This document shows, in pieces, positions 15,645 through 18,984 of a stretch of DNA of 18,984 bases (positions are counted from its first letter, which is position 1; every line of letters starts with the position of its first letter). The notes below the pieces were generated by a model. That model worked only from the letters and a program-made list of their open reading frames with translations, did not search any database and was not told where the DNA came from. Position numbers and translations under genes: made by a program. Location: contig JAZLIA010000023.1 of NCBI GenBank assembly GCA_045617125.1, forward strand, positions 1 through 18,984, given 5' to 3'. Source of the stretch: Clostridia bacterium (GTDB lineage Bacteria; Bacillota; Clostridia; Christensenellales; Aristaeellaceae).

Positions 15645-15661
15645 GAACATTTACAATGTTC
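15645..15661. promoter_or_regulatory. Palindrome GAACAT-N5-ATGTTC abutting the -35 element (operator or weak terminator of the SDR gene)
   Basis: Perfect 6-bp arms, flanked by an A6 run on one side (minus-strand sense). Lies 29 nt after the SDR stop codon. Confidence 0.35.
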
Positions 15662-15689
15662 CGTTTTTTGACCCGCTTCATACCCGAAT

Positions 15690-16508
15690 TTACTGCTTTT
15701 TTACGTGATAATAAGCTGAAAGAAAGCGGTAAAACCAGTCCTCCGGAAGAAGATCATGCAGGCAAAGAGCCAGATGCTGTGAGGGCATCGCTATGCATCT
15801 TCGCATGGGAAGACGCTTTCTTCCGAGCATTCCGGCAACGATCCTTCCAAGCTTTTCAGGGTCGCTTCCGCCGCTTTCATCACGGTCGATCACCCGGTGC
15901 ACCCGATCCAGAGAGGCCCGGTAAGGATCTCCTTCCCTGCAGCCTTCACTGACAGCCCGATATCTGGACGATCCGCCTCTATGGTCTCCCGGTTCCACCA
16001 GCATCACCTGAATATTCCAGGGACTCACTTCCATGCGAAGAGCTTCGCAAAAGCCTTCCAGAGCATGCTTTGCAGCGCTGTATGCCCCCTCAAACGGAGT
16101 AGACAGCACTCCGTTTACCGACGAAAAGCAGATGATCTTGCCGCATTTTCTCTCACGCATGCCTGGAAGCACCTGACGGATCATATTGACCTGACCGTAA
16201 AAATCCGTTTTCATCACCTGCTCCAGCTCCTCAGGAGAGTATCCCTCACAGCTTCCCAGGATCAGTATCCCGGCACAGCAGATCAGCACATCCGGTTCAC
16301 CGGCTATCTTCCTTGCGTTCACGCAGAACTGACGAACGCTGTTTTCATCCGCCACATCCAGCGGAAGACGCCAGCCTTCCTCGCTCTCTCCCTCTTTTCC
16401 GGCAAAACTGCGCGCGCCGGATATAACAGTATATCCCTTTTTGCGAACCTCCCGGGCTGTGTACATTCCCAATCCGCTCGAAGCCCCTGTGATCCAGACA
16501 CTCGCCAT
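15690..16508 (-). CDS. SDR-family NAD(P)-dependent oxidoreductase
   Basis: WITGASSGLGMYTA (TGxxxGxG), CCAGIL (NAG-like), SSVNG...YSAAKHAL (S-YxxxK catalytic set). GGAGGTG RBS. Confidence 0.88.
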   Translation of the reverse strand: MASVWITGASSGLGMYTAREVRKKGYTVISGARSFAGKEGESEEGWRLPLDVADENSVRQFCVNARKIAGEPDVLICCAGILILGSCEGYSPEELEQVMKTDFYGQVNMIRQVLPGMRERKCGKIICFSSVNGVLSTPFEGAYSAAKHALEGFCEALRMEVSPWNIQVMLVEPGDHRGGSSRYRAVSEGCREGDPYRASLDRVHRVIDRDESGGSDPEKLGRIVAGMLGRKRLPMRRCIAMPSQHLALCLHDLLPEDWFYRFLSAYYHVKKQ

Positions 16509-16551
16509 GATCTCTCACCTCCGAAAGCGTTTCTTGCGAAAGCATTGACCG

Positions 16552-16581
16552 TTTACATTATAGAACGGATTATGCTATAAT
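16552..16581 (+). promoter_or_regulatory. Putative promoter of rlmI (extended -10)
   Basis: Plus strand reads TTTACA (16552-16557), 18 nt ending in TGc, then TATAAT (16576-16581). It interlocks with the divergent SDR promoter. Confidence 0.5.
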
Positions 16582-16585
16582 GCAA
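16557..16585 (-). promoter_or_regulatory. Putative promoter of the SDR gene
   Basis: Minus strand reads TTGCAT (16585-16580), 17 nt, then TATAAT (16562-16557). Confidence 0.5.
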
Positions 16586-16590
16586 ACGCG

Positions 16591-16630
16591 CTGTATGCGT
16601 CCCTGTACGGCACCCTGTATTTTTCCTGTT
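16591..16630 (+). repeat. Four phased cCTGTA/CTGTT repeats (spacing 12, 12, 11 nt) in the rlmI leader
   Basis: CTGTA at 16591, 16603 and 16615; CTGTT at 16626. The last three copies are preceded by C and the first by G. Confidence 0.6.
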
Positions 16631-16660
16631 TTCATTCTTTGCCTTAATGAGGTGAAACAC

Positions 16661-17830
16661 ATGGCAACCGCGATCCTGCTGCCCGGAAAAGAGCAACGTG
16701 TTTATTCCGGCCATCCCTGGATATTCAAAAGCGACATTTCCCGAATAAAGGGAAACTGGCATGAGGGGGATGTGGTGCGTGTCGAATCCGACAGACACCG
16801 TTTTCTCGCTATGGCAGTCTATAACCCGCGTTCACAGATCGCCCTTCGGATCCTTACCCGGCATGATGAAAAGATCGACGCTGATTTTATTCACTCCCGG
16901 GTAAAACGAGCCCTGGACTATCGCCGCAGTTTTGCCGATCTTTCGTCATGCCGCCTGATCTTTGCCGAGTCAGACGGTCTTCCTGCTGTGATCGCGGATC
17001 AATTCGGCGATGTGATTTCACTTCAATGCCTGTGCCTCGGGATGGAACAGTTCAAGCAGGATATCTGCGATGCCCTGATTGACGAAACCGGCGCCCGCGG
17101 CATCTGGGAGCGTAATGACGTACCGGTTCGGGAGCTTGAAGGTCTGGAACAAAAGACCGGTCTGCTGCGCGGGGAAGTACCCGACAAAGTGGAAATGACC
17201 GAAAACGGCATCCGTTTTTTAGTGGATGTCAAAAACGGCCAGAAAACCGGTTTCTTCCTGGATCAGAAAGAAAACCGTGCCGCAATGGCTCCCTTTGTGA
17301 AGGGAAAGCGGGTGTTGGATTGCTTCAGTCACACCGGTCCTTTCGCACTTCACGCCTGTAAATACGGTGCTGATGAAGTCATTGGAGTGGATATCAGTGA
17401 ATTTGCCTGCGAATGTGCTTCCGGAAACGCCCGGCTGAACGGATATGACCAGGTCTCCTTCATCGCCGCCAATGCTTTTGATTATCTGAAAGAGAAAAGC
17501 CTGACCGATGACAAATTCGACGTGGTCATTCTGGATCCCCCTGCCTTCACCAAAACCAGAGACGCTGTTGCTTCCGCAGCACGCGGCTATAAGGAGATCA
17601 ATCTGCGCGGCATTAAGCTTCTCCGTGACGGCGGCTACCTCATCACCTGCTCCTGTTCCCAGCACATGCTCCCCGGCAATTTCAAGGATGTGGTGCTGGA
17701 CGCGGCAAAGGATTGTCATGTAAACCTGATGCAGGTGGAATACCGCACCCAGGGTCGCGATCATCCCATTCTCCCCGCGGCTCCGGAGACACAGTATCTG
17801 AAATGCGGTATCTACCGCGTGTACAAATAA
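16661..17830 (+). CDS. rlmI: Class I SAM-dependent 23S rRNA (cytosine-C5) methyltransferase, RlmI/YwbD family (PUA + MTase)
   Basis: From ATG 16661 (GAGGTG RBS): MATAILLPGKEQRVYSGHPWIFKSDI (PUA-like N-terminus), QKTGFFLDQKENR, VLDCFSHTGPFALH (SAM motif I), VILDPPAF, and CSCS near the C-terminus. The ORF-track extension to 16580 starts inside the promoter. Confidence 0.88.
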   Translation: MATAILLPGKEQRVYSGHPWIFKSDISRIKGNWHEGDVVRVESDRHRFLAMAVYNPRSQIALRILTRHDEKIDADFIHSRVKRALDYRRSFADLSSCRLIFAESDGLPAVIADQFGDVISLQCLCLGMEQFKQDICDALIDETGARGIWERNDVPVRELEGLEQKTGLLRGEVPDKVEMTENGIRFLVDVKNGQKTGFFLDQKENRAAMAPFVKGKRVLDCFSHTGPFALHACKYGADEVIGVDISEFACECASGNARLNGYDQVSFIAANAFDYLKEKSLTDDKFDVVILDPPAFTKTRDAVASAARGYKEINLRGIKLLRDGGYLITCSCSQHMLPGNFKDVVLDAAKDCHVNLMQVEYRTQGRDHPILPAAPETQYLKCGIYRVYK

Positions 17831-17857
17831 ACTTATGGCACTTTATCCGCTCCCTTT

Positions 17858-17888
17858 GCACCCGCTGAACGGGTGCTTTTTGTGTTTT
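17858..17888 (+). terminator. Intrinsic terminator of rlmI
   Basis: GCACCCG-CUGAA-CGGGUGC followed by UUUUUGUGUUUU, 28 nt after the stop. Confidence 0.8.
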
Positions 17889-17909
17889 CCTTTTTTCTGC
17901 TCCCGTCCA

Positions 17910-17945
17910 TAAAAAAAGCCCCTGTTCCCTTTCGGGCACAGAGGC
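17910..17945 (-). terminator. Intrinsic terminator of rny
   Basis: Minus strand GCCUCUGUGCCC-GAAA-GGGAACAGGGGC (12-bp stem with one mismatch and one G-U pair), followed by UUUUUUU. Confidence 0.8.
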
Positions 17946-17961
17946 CTCATGTTTTTAAGGC

Positions 17962-18984
17962 TTACTTTGCGTATTCGGTGCTGCGGGTCTCGCGGATCAC
18001 ATTCACGCGAATCTGTCCGGGATACTCCATTTCCTTCTCGATCCGTTTCGCGATCTCCTTGGCCATCACCTTGGTTCCCTCATCGGTCACATCCTCGGGC
18101 TTCACCATGATGCGCACCTCGCGTCCGCTCTGGATCGCAAAGCACTTTTCGACGCCCTCGAAAGAATTGGCGATCTCTTCCAGCTTTTCAAGACGCTTGA
18201 TATAATTTTCCAGCGATTCTCTGCGGGCACCGGGACGGGCCGCGCTGATCGCGTCCGCAGCCTGCACCAGAACCGCTTCAACCGTCTGCGGTTCCACGTC
18301 ATTGTGGTGAGCCAGAATCGCATGGATCACATCGGGGCTCTCATGATACTTGCGTGCCAGCTCTCCGCCCAGAGAAACATGGGTGCCCTCCTGCTCGTGG
18401 TCTACCGCCTTACCGATATCATGAAGCAAGCCGGCTCGTTTTGCCAACGCCACGTCCGCACCCAGTTCAGCTGCCATAAGGCCAGCCAGATGGCTCACCT
18501 CGATAGAGTGCTTCAGAACATTCTGACCATAGCTGGTACGGAACTTCATGCGGCCCAGCAGCTTGACCAGTTCAGGATGGATGCCGTGCTGAGCGGTTTC
18601 AAAAATGGCCTGTTCACCAGCTTCACGGATCTGGTTGTCCACTTCCTTCTTGGCCTTTTCCACGCATTCCTCTATGCGCGCGGGATGGATGCGGCCATCC
18701 ATGATCAGCTTTTCAATCGCCAGACGGGCTGTCTCCCTGCGAACCGGATCAAAAGCGGAAACGATCACAGCTTCAGGGGTATCATCAATGATCAGGTCCA
18801 CTCCGGTAGCGGTTTCAAGTGCGCGGATATTACGGCCCTCTCTTCCGATAATGCGGCCCTTCATATCATCGTTGGGCAGCGCCACGACGGATACGGTGGT
18901 CTCCGCGACGTGATCCGCCGCGCACTTCTGAATGGCCAGCGCGACTATGTTGCGCGCCTTCTTGTCGGCCTCGTCCTTGGCCTG
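17962..18984 (-). CDS. rny: Ribonuclease Y (KH + HD domains), 5'-truncated by the window end
   Basis: The frame is open to position 18984 (…[28 protein letters not shown] = KH domain). HD domain [12 protein letters not shown]...AHHNDVEP. The C-terminus [11 protein letters not shown] is typical of RNase Y. The N-terminal TM/coiled-coil part lies outside the window. Confidence 0.93.
   Translation of the reverse strand, partial: QAKDEADKKARNIVALAIQKCAADHVAETTVSVVALPNDDMKGRIIGREGRNIRALETATGVDLIIDDTPEAVIVSAFDPVRRETARLAIEKLIMDGRIHPARIEECVEKAKKEVDNQIREAGEQAIFETAQHGIHPELVKLLGRMKFRTSYGQNVLKHSIEVSHLAGLMAAELGADVALAKRAGLLHDIGKAVDHEQEGTHVSLGGELARKYHESPDVIHAILAHHNDVEPQTVEAVLVQAADAISAARPGARRESLENYIKRLEKLEEIANSFEGVEKCFAIQSGREVRIMVKPEDVTDEGTKVMAKEIAKRIEKEMEYPGQIRVNVIRETRSTEYAK

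Noticed and set aside
1-18984. Scan for CRISPR arrays, transposase/integrase genes, terminal inverted repeats, tRNA/rRNA genes, toxin-antitoxin pairs and recognisable defence genes
   Set aside because: None found by eye. There are no regularly spaced direct repeats of 25-40 nt, no recombinase-like ORFs, and composition appears fairly even across the window. The window behaves as core chromosome.

Overview
This 18,984-bp window (roughly 50-55% GC by eye) looks like a core chromosomal segment of a Gram-positive anaerobe. Clostridia is an inference from RNase Y, the YidD/Jag operon, strong GGAGG ribosome-binding sites (RBS) and an indolepyruvate oxidoreductase cluster. I call 18 protein genes, 17 of them on the minus strand. 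In plus-strand coordinate order they are: glyQS, a threonine-aldolase-family PLP enzyme, jag/khpB-yidC-yidD-rnpA-rpmH (rpmH is missing from the ORF track and was found by hand), a hendecad-repeat coiled-coil protein, coaD, rsmD, an orphan 5-TM membrane protein, alr, an ACT protein, paaK, iorB, iorA, a YdjI-like SPFH/zinc-ribbon protein, an HTH-less receiver-like protein, an SDR oxidoreductase, rlmI (the only plus-strand gene) and a 5'-truncated rny. I saw no rRNA, tRNA, CRISPR array, transposase, integrase or obvious island boundary. Several sigma-A-type promoters and intrinsic terminators can be read directly. I did not find a convincing novel multi-gene system, and most of the window is housekeeping. 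The best candidates for a second look are the self-contained pseudo-receiver + SPFH/Zn-ribbon operon (13738-15661), the 11-residue-repeat protein after coaD, the unassigned structured RNA-like segment at 1-136, the overlapping divergent promoters with phased CTGTA repeats at 16552-16630, and the rpmH cluster lying away from dnaA/oriC. All family calls rest on motifs recognised by eye; no database search was run.
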